A stretch of 19,514 bases of DNA from Candidatus Altarchaeum sp. (GTDB lineage: Archaea > Altiarchaeota > Altiarchaeia > Altiarchaeales > Altiarchaeaceae), in NCBI GenBank assembly GCA_018260615.1, contig JAGWDQ010000119.1, forward strand, positions 1-19,514, given 5' to 3'. Numbering within the stretch: position 1 is the stretch's first letter; each line of letters starts with the position of its first letter. Below, piece by piece: positions 1-8,232 of the stretch. The notes under the pieces were generated by a model that had not been told where the DNA came from, did no database searches, and saw only the letters and a program-made list of their open reading frames with translations. Made by a program: the position numbers and the translations under genes.

Positions 1-242
1 ATATGAGTATAAGAATAAATACCTGTCCATAAAATCGGTGAAATTATTTAATACCTAACTTTGAAAGATATCTAAAAACACCTTTAAAATATATCTTTTT
101 GGTGTCCCTATTTTATATCTTTAACAAAGGTAAAAATTCAATAACTTTCAAAGATAGGTAATACTTGAAAATATCAACTTCTGAAACTAAATTATTAATC
201 CAAAATAAATTTACAATTTAAATTTCAATAACAAAGCAAAAA

Positions 243-1415
243 TTGATAGAACGACTAATTAAGAACAACAAAGAGATAATATTAATCGGAACCGCACACA
301 TATCTAAGGAAAGTGTGGATGAAGTAAAAAGCACCATTGAAGCGGAAAAACCGGATGTAGTATGTGTTGAATTATGTAAGCAGAGATATGAAATTTTGAA
401 TGATAAAGAGAAGTGGAAACAGACAGATATAACAAAGATTATAAAGGAAGGTAAGACCGCTTTATTTCTGGTAAATTTAATCCTTTCAAATTTTCAGAGG
501 CGATTGGGTGAGGATGTGGGAATTTTGCCGGGGGCAGAGATGACTGAAGCGATGAATGTTGCCAAAAATTTAAACATTCCGATAGAGTTAGCAGACAGGG
601 ATATAAATACTACTATGAAAAGAGCATCCTCAAAAATGAGTGTTTTTGAAAAATATAAGGTCTTTTCCTTAATATTGCTAACATTATTTTTCTCTGAAAA
701 GTTAAGAGCAGAAGAAATTGAACAACTGAAAAATAAGGATGTTATGTCACAAATGATGGACGAATTATCTCTTGCGTTTCCGAATGTTAAAAATACACTA
801 ATAGACGAAAGGGACTATTATCTGACAAATAAAATTTTGAATGCACAAGGGAATAAAATTGTTGCAGTAGTCGGAAGCGGACATTTAGCAGGAATAAAAA
901 GAAACATGGAAAAATTTGATGAAAAAAGCAAAGAACAGCGCGAAAATTTAATGAAAGAAATTACTTATGTCCCAAAAGGAAGAAATTTAGTTAAAATTTT
1001 TACATACTCAATTTTATTGCTTATCACGGGAATGTTTATTTATGGATTTTATGTTAAAGGAATAGATGTATTTTTGAGCATGGCTTTCACATGGTTTTTA
1101 TATCATTCGGTATTTGCTGCAATCGGAGCGATTTTAGTGTTTGCCCATCCTTTAACAATATTGGCAACTTTTATTGCCTCGCCCTTTACCGCAATTCATC
1201 CGGGCATAGGAATAGGAACTGTTTCCGCACTTGTTGAAGCAAAGGTTCGTCCGCCGAAGGTCTTTGATTTTGAAAATTTACACAAAATAAAAAAATGGAA
1301 GGACTTATGGAGAAATCAGGTTGTTAGAATTATTCTCATATTCTTTTTTACAAGTATAGGGGGTTCAATTGCAACATTTATATCAATGGGATTTATGCTT
1401 CCGATGCTATGGTAA
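243..1415 (+). CDS. TraB/PrgY (pheromone shutdown-like) family protein with C-terminal membrane segments
   Basis: 390-aa ORF with TTG start. Family motifs LIGTAHIS, VVCVELCKQR, PGAEM, LADRDI, LIDERD and VAVVGSGH, followed by a hydrophobic C-terminal third (HPLTILATFIASPFTAIHPGIG). Confidence 0.9.
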   Translation: MIERLIKNNKEIILIGTAHISKESVDEVKSTIEAEKPDVVCVELCKQRYEILNDKEKWKQTDITKIIKEGKTALFLVNLILSNFQRRLGEDVGILPGAEMTEAMNVAKNLNIPIELADRDINTTMKRASSKMSVFEKYKVFSLILLTLFFSEKLRAEEIEQLKNKDVMSQMMDELSLAFPNVKNTLIDERDYYLTNKILNAQGNKIVAVVGSGHLAGIKRNMEKFDEKSKEQRENLMKEITYVPKGRNLVKIFTYSILLLITGMFIYGFYVKGIDVFLSMAFTWFLYHSVFAAIGAILVFAHPLTILATFIASPFTAIHPGIGIGTVSALVEAKVRPPKVFDFENLHKIKKWKDLWRNQVVRIILIFFFTSIGGSIATFISMGFMLPMLW

Positions 1416-1438
1416 AATTTGGAAATTTAGCTTAAAGA

Positions 1439-2011
1439 TCAGTGTAGCAAAGGCATTGATAGAATTCCAACTGCAATAACTGTTACAACAAGTATAAAGC
1501 TGGCAATTATTTTGGTGTATTTCCAAAATTTTTTCTTATCCAATATTTTACTTTGAAATGCCAGTCGTGTTCTTTTATCAAAAAGTAAGAAGTAAAGGAT
1601 AATTATCATCATAAGCACAATGATTATTGCAGAAATTTGATTACTTAAAAAGAAAATTTGCATAACTCCTGCGGCAACAGGAATGCTGATAACTGTGGCA
1701 ATTACTCCGAATGCTACGCCTCTTTGTCTTCCTTTTTCATCTTCATGCCAGATTTCATAAGCGATATTAAAAAATATGAGCCATAAAGGAGTGAAAAATA
1801 TAACTGACAAAATTCCCAAAAATATTCTTGTTTCGGGTGTATCAGGGCCAAATTTTACGGGAAGTATATTTAGCATACCAAGCGGGGCAATTACGGAAAG
1901 TAAAAAGCAAAATATTCCCATCAAACCAAATATTACCGCACTTGTTGTTATTCCGATTGGTCTTTTTGAAATTTCCTGTTTTGCATATTTGATAATATTT
2001 TGTGGGTTCAT
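1439..2011 (-). CDS. Hypothetical integral membrane protein (about 5 TM segments)
   Basis: ORF track 1439..2068; the ATG at 2011 (MNPQ) is the more likely start. It has several hydrophobic stretches, an RPIGIT motif before TM1 and a YFLLFDKRTRLAF segment after the TM block. Confidence 0.7.
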   Translation of the reverse strand: MNPQNIIKYAKQEISKRPIGITTSAVIFGLMGIFCFLLSVIAPLGMLNILPVKFGPDTPETRIFLGILSVIFFTPLWLIFFNIAYEIWHEDEKGRQRGVAFGVIATVISIPVAAGVMQIFFLSNQISAIIIVLMMIIILYFLLFDKRTRLAFQSKILDKKKFWKYTKIIASFILVVTVIAVGILSMPLLH

Positions 2012-2109
2012 CTTAAATAAATTTTGATAATGATAAACAAGTAATGCTGTTTTAAATATAAAAACCAATATATAATTTAGGTTTTAAACATTATTGACTA
2101 ATTTATAAA

Positions 2110-2406
2110 ATGGACATTAAATTTATCTTATGTACAAAAGAAACACACGAAGTTGAATTTTCCATAGACAAGATGTGGGGAATCGTTCGCTTTAAAGTTG
2201 ACAGAAAACTCGTAAGGAAATTCTTTAAATTTGACTGGCTGCACACGCCCTATATCTTTAACTTTACCATAGACGAAACAGAAAGGTCTGAAAATAGGTC
2301 TGAAATTAAAATTATTTGCGAACCGCCATTACTCTTTGCCCCATTTCGTAAATGGAAATACTCTGTTTTGGCCGATGGAAAAATTTTAAAGTCCGGAGAG
2401 GGTTGA
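2110..2406 (+). CDS. Small hypothetical beta-rich protein (possible FAIM-like fold, see findings)
   Basis: 98-aa ATG-started ORF that fills the gap between two minus-strand genes, downstream of an AT-rich spacer. Confidence 0.65.
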   Translation: MDIKFILCTKETHEVEFSIDKMWGIVRFKVDRKLVRKFFKFDWLHTPYIFNFTIDETERSENRSEIKIICEPPLLFAPFRKWKYSVLADGKILKSGEG

Positions 2407-2411
2407 AATCA

Positions 2412-3188
2412 TTAAATTTTCTCCAAATTCACATTCCACGCTCCGATTTTATCCTTAACAATTATGCAAATTCCGTAAATTTCCTTAAATTTCTTTCCGA
2501 GTTCAATAACATCCTTAATGCTCTCTTCATCGTTTTTAACTAAATTTCCAAGTGATGTCGCGAATGCGTCTGCAATTGCCGGACTATTTGCTATAATTGT
2601 TGTCGCATCGCTGTCTCCGAAACTCACAGACAGCCCGACAGAAGACGAAGATGTGCATATACCTAAAATTTTGTCAGGGAATAATTTTGCCGGATTTAAC
2701 GATATAAAAAATTTGTTTGAAAAGGGCGAATTTCCTGCATAAATTTTTACCTTAAAATTCCTGTCTCCGAACAGAGCAATATCTCCTCCGTTTTCGATAA
2801 GCCCGGCATCAAATCCGAATTCAATACACTTCCCGCACAAAATTTCTGATATTGCTCCTGCAACACCTGCCATCGGACCGACATTTGCTGTCTTTGAGGA
2901 ACATACCATCAGTTTAATTATATCGGGTGCATCATTAATTTCAGCATTTTGAAAATCTCCCGAGTGGAACGAAGTGAGCGGAACGAAGTGAGCGGAAGTG
3001 AGGTGATTAATTTCAACCGGTTCAAGAGAATACTTAAACAACAAATTTTTTACTATTTCTTTCTCTATTTTGCTCCTTTCCCCGACAACCACTCTGAAAA
3101 TTTCTCTGAAAATTTCCTCGTCCTCTGTTATTGCATTGTTTTTGTATAAAGATATATTCAGGTTTGTGTTTTTATAGGTTAGATACAT
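2412..3188 (-). CDS. UPF0280 family (ApbE-like) protein carrying a 24-aa in-frame insertion
   Basis: Motifs SLEPV, VGPMAGVAGAISE, IENGGDIAL, GICTSSSSVGLSVSFGDSDATTI and ADAFATSLGN. Confidence 0.9.
   Translation of the reverse strand: MYLTYKNTNLNISLYKNNAITEDEEIFREIFRVVVGERSKIEKEIVKNLLFKYSLEPVEINHLTSAHFVPLTSFHSGDFQNAEINDAPDIIKLMVCSSKTANVGPMAGVAGAISEILCGKCIEFGFDAGLIENGGDIALFGDRNFKVKIYAGNSPFSNKFFISLNPAKLFPDKILGICTSSSSVGLSVSFGDSDATTIIANSPAIADAFATSLGNLVKNDEESIKDVIELGKKFKEIYGICIIVKDKIGAWNVNLEKI
2934..3015 (-). mobile_element. 72-bp in-frame inserted element with a 10-bp flanking direct repeat (MITE/palindromic-element-like)
   Basis: ATTAATTTCA occurs at 2934-2943 and 3006-3015, 72 bp apart. The interior has 2 exact copies of GGAACGAAGTGAGC (2966-2993) and shares sequence blocks with 12573-12605. 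Confidence 0.7.
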
Positions 3189-3297
3189 ATTAGATAAATT
3201 TATATTGCATTAAATTTTAAATATTTATATTATTTATGCTCTTATAACTAATTTATAACAAATTATTTATAAAATTTTATTATTTAAATTTTTTAAA

Positions 3298-4107
3298 ATG
3301 AGTGATGGCAGTATGATTCCCATTATTTTTGGGATGGTGGTAATAATAATGATTTTAGCACAGAGTATAAAGATAGTAAATGAGTATGAAAGAGGTGTGA
3401 TTTTTCGTCTCGGAAGATTAGTCGGGGCAAAAGGACCCGGAGTATTTTTCATAATTCCTATTGTTGATAAATGGATTAAAGTTGATTTAAGGACGATCGT
3501 ATTTGATATTAAAAAGCAGAATGTAATAACAAAGGATAATGTTTCTATCATGGTTGATGCGGTTGTTTATTACAGGGTTGAAGATCCGTGTAATGCGATT
3601 GTAAAGGTTGAAAATTATCATGAAGCAAGTGTATTAAGGGCAGAGACAACCATAAGGGATGTTCTCGGACAGAAAGAAATGGATGAATTACTTGCCAAAA
3701 GAGAGGAACTCGGAAAGACAATTCAGGAAATTCTGGATGTAGCAACGGGTCCATGGGGGATAAAGATTAATGCCGTAACAATAAAGGATGTTCTTTTGCA
3801 GGAAAATATGACGAGAGCAATGGCAAAACAGGCAGAGGCGGAAAGAGAAAAAAGAAGCAGAATAATTATGGCTGACGGGGAATTACAGGCAGCAATGAAG
3901 ATGAGAGAGGCAGCAGAGGAATATACAAAAATGCCGCTGGCAATGAAGTTAAGAGAGCTGCAAACACTTTCGGAAATAGCAAGGGAGAAAAATTTAATAG
4001 TAGTTCCTTCGGGGGCTATTTCAGGAACATCTGATATTGGAAGCATAGTGGGAATAACAGAAGGTCTTTTAAAGAGAGAGAAGGTGAATGAACAAATGAA
4101 AGAGTAA
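3298..4107 (+). CDS. SPFH / band 7 (stomatin/slipin) family protein
   Basis: N-terminal TM, then YERGVIFRLGR, VDLRT, ITKDNV, VDAVVYYRV, PWGIKI, RAMAKQAEAEREKR and LRELQTL. Confidence 0.95.
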   Translation: MSDGSMIPIIFGMVVIIMILAQSIKIVNEYERGVIFRLGRLVGAKGPGVFFIIPIVDKWIKVDLRTIVFDIKKQNVITKDNVSIMVDAVVYYRVEDPCNAIVKVENYHEASVLRAETTIRDVLGQKEMDELLAKREELGKTIQEILDVATGPWGIKINAVTIKDVLLQENMTRAMAKQAEAEREKRSRIIMADGELQAAMKMREAAEEYTKMPLAMKLRELQTLSEIAREKNLIVVPSGAISGTSDIGSIVGITEGLLKREKVNEQMKE

Positions 4108-4127
4108 ACGGGACTAAAATTTTTGAA

Positions 4128-5129
4128 ATGGACGTCTCTGTGATTATTCCGACATTGAACGAAGAGAAAAACATAAAAATTTGTCTGGAATCCATAGCGG
4201 CACAGGAAACAGATGCAAAATACGAGATAATTGTCTGTGACGGAAAAAGCAATGACCGAACTGCTGAAATAGCCAAAATATATGCAAACAAGGTAATTTT
4301 ATCGGAAGTCAGAAGTATCGGGCTGCAGCGCAACTATGGTGCTGAGTCAGCTAACGGAAGATATTTGCTTTTTATAGATGCCGATACCGTATTGCCAAAG
4401 GATTATATTAAGTGGGGAGTGAATAAATTTAAGGACTATCCTGACCTGCTTGGTTTTTGCGCAGGATTCAGGTTTTCTAATCCGGGCCCGAAAATGGTTT
4501 TCCTGGAAAAACTTAATTGTTCGTGGTTTGAATTCAATGACAAAATCGGCTTTCCTACGCTTTTGGGATTCAACACCTTTGTGACAGCGGATGCTTTCAG
4601 GCGTTCCGGCGGATTTCGGGATGTGCCACTTGAAGATGCCGATTATGCACGCAGGATGCATAAAATGGGCAAAGTGCGTTTTTTCACGGACAACTTTGTC
4701 ATAACAAGTCCGAGACGGCTTGAGGAAATGGGATTATTGTCCGCAATGAGGTATTATTTTGAGTTTGACCTGATTACCCGATATCCGGGCCTTAAAGATA
4801 TACTGTTTTATAACAACTATGTCGGATGTCGTCCCGACTCGGAGAAACTCTGTGAGGCATTCAATAAGCTCGGCACACCTGCAAAGGACTCTGCAGAACT
4901 TACCTGCATGATGAATGAGTATGTCAGAAAGAGAGCAGATAAATTTACCGAAGAAGTCAGACAGCAATTCAACGAAACAAGTACATGGGCAAAGAAAACA
5001 AATGAACGGGCAATAGAAAATATAATTGCGGTTAGCCAGTCAATATCTTATATTACGGCAAGGAAGATAGATGCGGATATAATAGACAAATCCGTAACCT
5101 ACATAAAGAAAAGTTTTAGAAAAATTTAA
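4128..5129 (+). CDS. Glycosyltransferase family 2 (GT-A) with a roughly 100-aa C-terminal helical extension
   Basis: VSVIIPTLNEE, IIVCDGKSNDRT, QRNYGA, LLFIDADT (DxD), EDADYARR and TSPRRL. Confidence 0.9.
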   Translation: MDVSVIIPTLNEEKNIKICLESIAAQETDAKYEIIVCDGKSNDRTAEIAKIYANKVILSEVRSIGLQRNYGAESANGRYLLFIDADTVLPKDYIKWGVNKFKDYPDLLGFCAGFRFSNPGPKMVFLEKLNCSWFEFNDKIGFPTLLGFNTFVTADAFRRSGGFRDVPLEDADYARRMHKMGKVRFFTDNFVITSPRRLEEMGLLSAMRYYFEFDLITRYPGLKDILFYNNYVGCRPDSEKLCEAFNKLGTPAKDSAELTCMMNEYVRKRADKFTEEVRQQFNETSTWAKKTNERAIENIIAVSQSISYITARKIDADIIDKSVTYIKKSFRKI

Positions 5130-5135
5130 TTTCAT

Positions 5136-5993
5136 CTAATCAAAAACAACCGTCTTATTTCCGTAAACCAGAATTTTATTCTCCAAATGTGCCTTTAATG
5201 CCCTTGCCAGAACTAATTTTTCAACATCCTTTCCTTTTTCAATAAAATCAGGCAATGTATCTCTGTGACTAACTCTTACAACCTCCTGTTCAATTATCGG
5301 GCCGTTATCTAATTCTTCCGTAACATAATGTGCGGTTGCTCCGATTAACTTTATTCCTCTTGTATATGCCTGTAAATACGGCTTTGCACCTTTAAACGCA
5401 GGCAAAAACGAATGATGGACATTTATTATTCTGTTTTGATAATTTTCAATAAAATTCGGACTTAAGATTTGCATATATTTTGCCAAAACGACTGTATCAA
5501 TTTTAAATTTTTCCAGCAATTCCGTTTCTTTCATTTCCTGAGAAATTTTATTTTCGGGGGTTTTTTCCATCACATAATATTTGCAGTTAAAAAATTTCGC
5601 AATGTTTTCCATGTCAGGATGGTTGCTTATTATCAAAGGAATATTGCATCTTAACTCCTTTGCTTTTTGTTTTAAAAGTATGTCAAATAAACAATGTTCC
5701 TCCTTTCCGGCAAAAATTGCGATATTCTGGATTTCGGATGAAAATTTTATTGAATAATGCATGCTAAATTTCCTGCCAATTTCATCAAATTGAGCTTTTA
5801 GACATTCCTTTTCAATCGCAAAGTCCGCTAAATCAAACTCAACCCGCATAAAAAGGGTTTGGTGATTATTAACACTATCAATATGCTGGTCTGCGTGCAG
5901 GATATTTCCGTTATTTTTATAAAGGAAGTCAGTAACACCTGCGACAATTCCTTTTTTGTCCGGACATGTTAGTAAAATAGTGGCGGTTTCCAT
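5136..5993 (-). CDS. purU: Formyltetrahydrofolate deformylase
   Basis: N-terminal ACT domain (CPDKKGIVAGVTDFL), VVLAKYMQILS, INVHHSFLPAFKGAKPY, KLIGATAHYVTEELDNGPIIEQ and NKTVVF C-terminus. Confidence 0.96.
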   Translation of the reverse strand: METATILLTCPDKKGIVAGVTDFLYKNNGNILHADQHIDSVNNHQTLFMRVEFDLADFAIEKECLKAQFDEIGRKFSMHYSIKFSSEIQNIAIFAGKEEHCLFDILLKQKAKELRCNIPLIISNHPDMENIAKFFNCKYYVMEKTPENKISQEMKETELLEKFKIDTVVLAKYMQILSPNFIENYQNRIINVHHSFLPAFKGAKPYLQAYTRGIKLIGATAHYVTEELDNGPIIEQEVVRVSHRDTLPDFIEKGKDVEKLVLARALKAHLENKILVYGNKTVVFD

Positions 5994-5995
5994 CT

Positions 5996-7546
5996 TTATA
6001 AATTTTTATAAATTTCAACATAATTTTTCGCTGTTTCTTCAATAGAAAATTTCTTTGCCCTCGCCATTGAATTGTGCATCATTATACCTGCTAAAAACGG
6101 CTCTTTTAAAATTTCTTCCTTTAATTTGCCGTATTCAACCGGAATTGAATCCATAAATTTTTTATATTGCTCCGAATGCGCACCAAAATCACCCAGAATT
6201 TCTCCTGATTTAACTAAAATACAGACCTCTAAAATTTTGTTCGTCAGTGCCATGCTGTCATTCAATACGAAAAACCCGGTAACATTGTTGTTTTTCATCC
6301 CGTCTGCAAAATCATATTTCCAGTAAAAGTCATTGAGCATATCCCTGACTCCTCCAACCTCTGTTCCAATAACAATTGCCCCACTGTCCATTGCCTCTAA
6401 TGTTGTCAAACCGAACGGCTCAAAATCCGGGACATTGACAAATATATCGCTTGCTTTGTATAAATTTTCCAGCTCAATCCAGCCCTTTAAAATTTTCACA
6501 TTTTCGGGAAATTTGGATTGCAGATAGTTCGCATAATTCAGCAAACTTTCATCCCCTCCGGAATATTTTATAATAAATCGCACATCTTTTGTTATTGTGT
6601 GGTTTTTTTCAAAAAATTTCTCTATTGCCGGTAACAGGACACCCGGTTTTCTCTGTCTTCCGTCAAATCTCCCGACAAAGGAAATAAGGATGCCATTGCT
6701 TAAATTGTTTTTATTAAGAAAATTTTTTCTCCCGGTTTTCTTTTCACCGACATTAAAATTATGAAATTTTTCAATACCGTTAAAAATGTAAGTGGTCTTG
6801 TTTTTCACATCCTGCTGATTTTGCGGAAATTTACCTATAAAATTTAAGACATCAGACATATAACTTTTGCTAACGGTATTTACCTTGTCCGCATAATAAC
6901 ATCCAAGTGCCTCAATTGAAAACTTACTCCAGCCGAACCCTGAAAAATAAGATGCGTTGCTTATACTCTCGTATTCGTAAAATTTTATCCAGTCCAGAAA
7001 ACTTATATCATAAACACCTTCTTTTTCTCCGATGCGGTGTATCGTGTAAAGCACAGGTATTTTCTTTCCCTGCTTTGCATACTTTAATTTTCCCATAACT
7101 CCCGCAGGAACACAATGCCAGTCATTAATGTGAATTAAATCAACACTATGATGATTCCAGAATAAATGGTCAATAAACATCGGGATTGCTCTTGAAAACA
7201 ACGCAATTTTCCGGGGAAGAGATGCGTAACATTGCCAGTCATTTAGTTCCGCTCCGCATATCAGATGAATCGGAATGTCCGGATTTAAGGAATCGGATGC
7301 CAATCGGACTTCAATGTGCTGTTTTCTGTCACCCAATTCAACATCAAAGTCGGTCTCTTTCTTTAAGATGGAAATATTTTTATAGCCGTTCTGCAGTCCC
7401 TGTGCAGGCATTGCCAAACTTACATAAATTTTCTCATCTGTGTTTCCAAAATTTTTCCATATTTCTTTATAAATATCTTTTACAATTCCTCCCAATCCGC
7501 CTGTTTGTGCAGGAGGATATTCAAAGGTTAATGCGAGGATGTGCAT
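5996..7546 (-). CDS. GT-B glycosyltransferase (GT4/GT5, glycogen/starch-synthase-like)
   Basis: Likely start ATG 7546 (MHILALTFEYPP). Motifs TGGLG, IHINDWH, YTIH, FVGRF and EPFGLTTLEAMDSG...VGGVRD. The stop is 2 nt upstream of the purU ATG. Confidence 0.88.
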   Translation of the reverse strand: MHILALTFEYPPAQTGGLGGIVKDIYKEIWKNFGNTDEKIYVSLAMPAQGLQNGYKNISILKKETDFDVELGDRKQHIEVRLASDSLNPDIPIHLICGAELNDWQCYASLPRKIALFSRAIPMFIDHLFWNHHSVDLIHINDWHCVPAGVMGKLKYAKQGKKIPVLYTIHRIGEKEGVYDISFLDWIKFYEYESISNASYFSGFGWSKFSIEALGCYYADKVNTVSKSYMSDVLNFIGKFPQNQQDVKNKTTYIFNGIEKFHNFNVGEKKTGRKNFLNKNNLSNGILISFVGRFDGRQRKPGVLLPAIEKFFEKNHTITKDVRFIIKYSGGDESLLNYANYLQSKFPENVKILKGWIELENLYKASDIFVNVPDFEPFGLTTLEAMDSGAIVIGTEVGGVRDMLNDFYWKYDFADGMKNNNVTGFFVLNDSMALTNKILEVCILVKSGEILGDFGAHSEQYKKFMDSIPVEYGKLKEEILKEPFLAGIMMHNSMARAKKFSIEETAKNYVEIYKNL

Positions 7547-7633
7547 TTTAAAATTTAATAATGCCTTTATAATTAGTATTAATTCCAATTTAATGTGTTT
7601 GGTAAAATTTTGGCAAAAATTTAACTTGATAAA

Positions 7634-7846
7634 ATGGAAAATAAAATAAATGCAAAAAGTGAATGGCTGGGGAAACACTTCAAAGAAATTAAAGAAAAGT
7701 ATGCGGGAAAATATATAGCGATTTTAAATAATAAGGTTATATCCTCAGGCAGTACTGCATCTGATGTCTTAAAGGAATTAAATGATGATGAATTGAAGAA
7801 AGTTGAAATAATAAGGATTCCATCAACCAATAGTGTGTTTTATTAA
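7634..7846 (+). CDS. DUF5678-like small protein
   Basis: 70 aa with WLGKHFKEIKEKYAGKYIAILNNKVISSG, the pattern I recognise for this family. It lies 8 nt upstream of a retropepsin-like gene. Confidence 0.75.
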   Translation: MENKINAKSEWLGKHFKEIKEKYAGKYIAILNNKVISSGSTASDVLKELNDDELKKVEIIRIPSTNSVFY

Positions 7847-7854
7847 TTTGTAAA

Positions 7855-8232
7855 ATGAGCGAGGCGAAGATGGAATTTGATTATATTGATAATGTGCCAA
7901 TTATCAGGGCAACAGTCACTAACAAAGATAAAGAAATGTCCATCTATTTTTTTGTCGATTCAGGTGCAGATATAACAATGATTCCGATTAGCGCGGCAAA
8001 ACGATTGGGATTTACAAAATGGGATAATAAACTACTGTTTGCAGAGGGTGTTGGAGGCGGTAAGATACCTTACTTTATCAGGAAAGTAAATATATCTGTG
8101 GGAAATAAGAAATTTGAAAGTGAGATAGCATGCGCACTAAGTGATGATGTCCCGTTTCTTTTTGGAAGAAAGTCATTTAACGGAACAATATGTTTCAATG
8201 AGAAGAGAAAGAAAATTATATTTAATGAGTAG
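7855..8232 (+). CDS. Retropepsin-like (clan AA) aspartyl protease
   Basis: 125 aa with catalytic FFVDSGADITMIP, flap-like EGVGGG and C-terminal PFLFGR (LLGR-type) motif. Confidence 0.85.
   Translation: MSEAKMEFDYIDNVPIIRATVTNKDKEMSIYFFVDSGADITMIPISAAKRLGFTKWDNKLLFAEGVGGGKIPYFIRKVNISVGNKKFESEIACALSDDVPFLFGRKSFNGTICFNEKRKKIIFNE

Noticed and set aside
1-30. Possible start of a minus-strand gene (ATG at 30, MDRYLFLYSY) running off the window
   Set aside because: Only 10 codons are visible, which is not enough to support a feature.
1776-2027. Antisense and overlapping ORFs in the track (e.g. 1776..2027, 2518..2742, 3723..4046, 9352..9771, 9985..10620, 15648..15992, 17565..17837)
   Set aside because: They are shadow frames of well-supported genes, with no recognisable motifs.
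2966-3005. 14-bp tandem units as a mini-CRISPR array
   Set aside because: The units are too short, directly adjacent with no spacers, inside a CDS, and no cas genes are present.
3298-4107. SPFH gene without an adjacent NfeD partner
   Set aside because: Stand-alone SPFH genes are common, and a partner may be encoded elsewhere.
6665-6675. AAATCTCCCGA, matching 2953-2963 of the element
   Set aside because: It falls in the conserved FVGRF motif of the glycosyltransferase, so it is most likely chance.
7244-7258. AGTTCCGCTCCGC in the GT-B gene resembling the element's GTTCCGCTCAC unit
   Set aside because: The match is short, there are no flanking repeats or other element blocks, and it encodes ordinary sequence (CGAELN).
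5996-7678. Longer GTG start (7678) for the GT-B gene and upstream start (2068) for the membrane protein
   Set aside because: The extensions are low-complexity translations of AT-rich spacers, and the 7678 start would overlap the DUF5678-like gene. Internal ATGs fit the family N-termini better.
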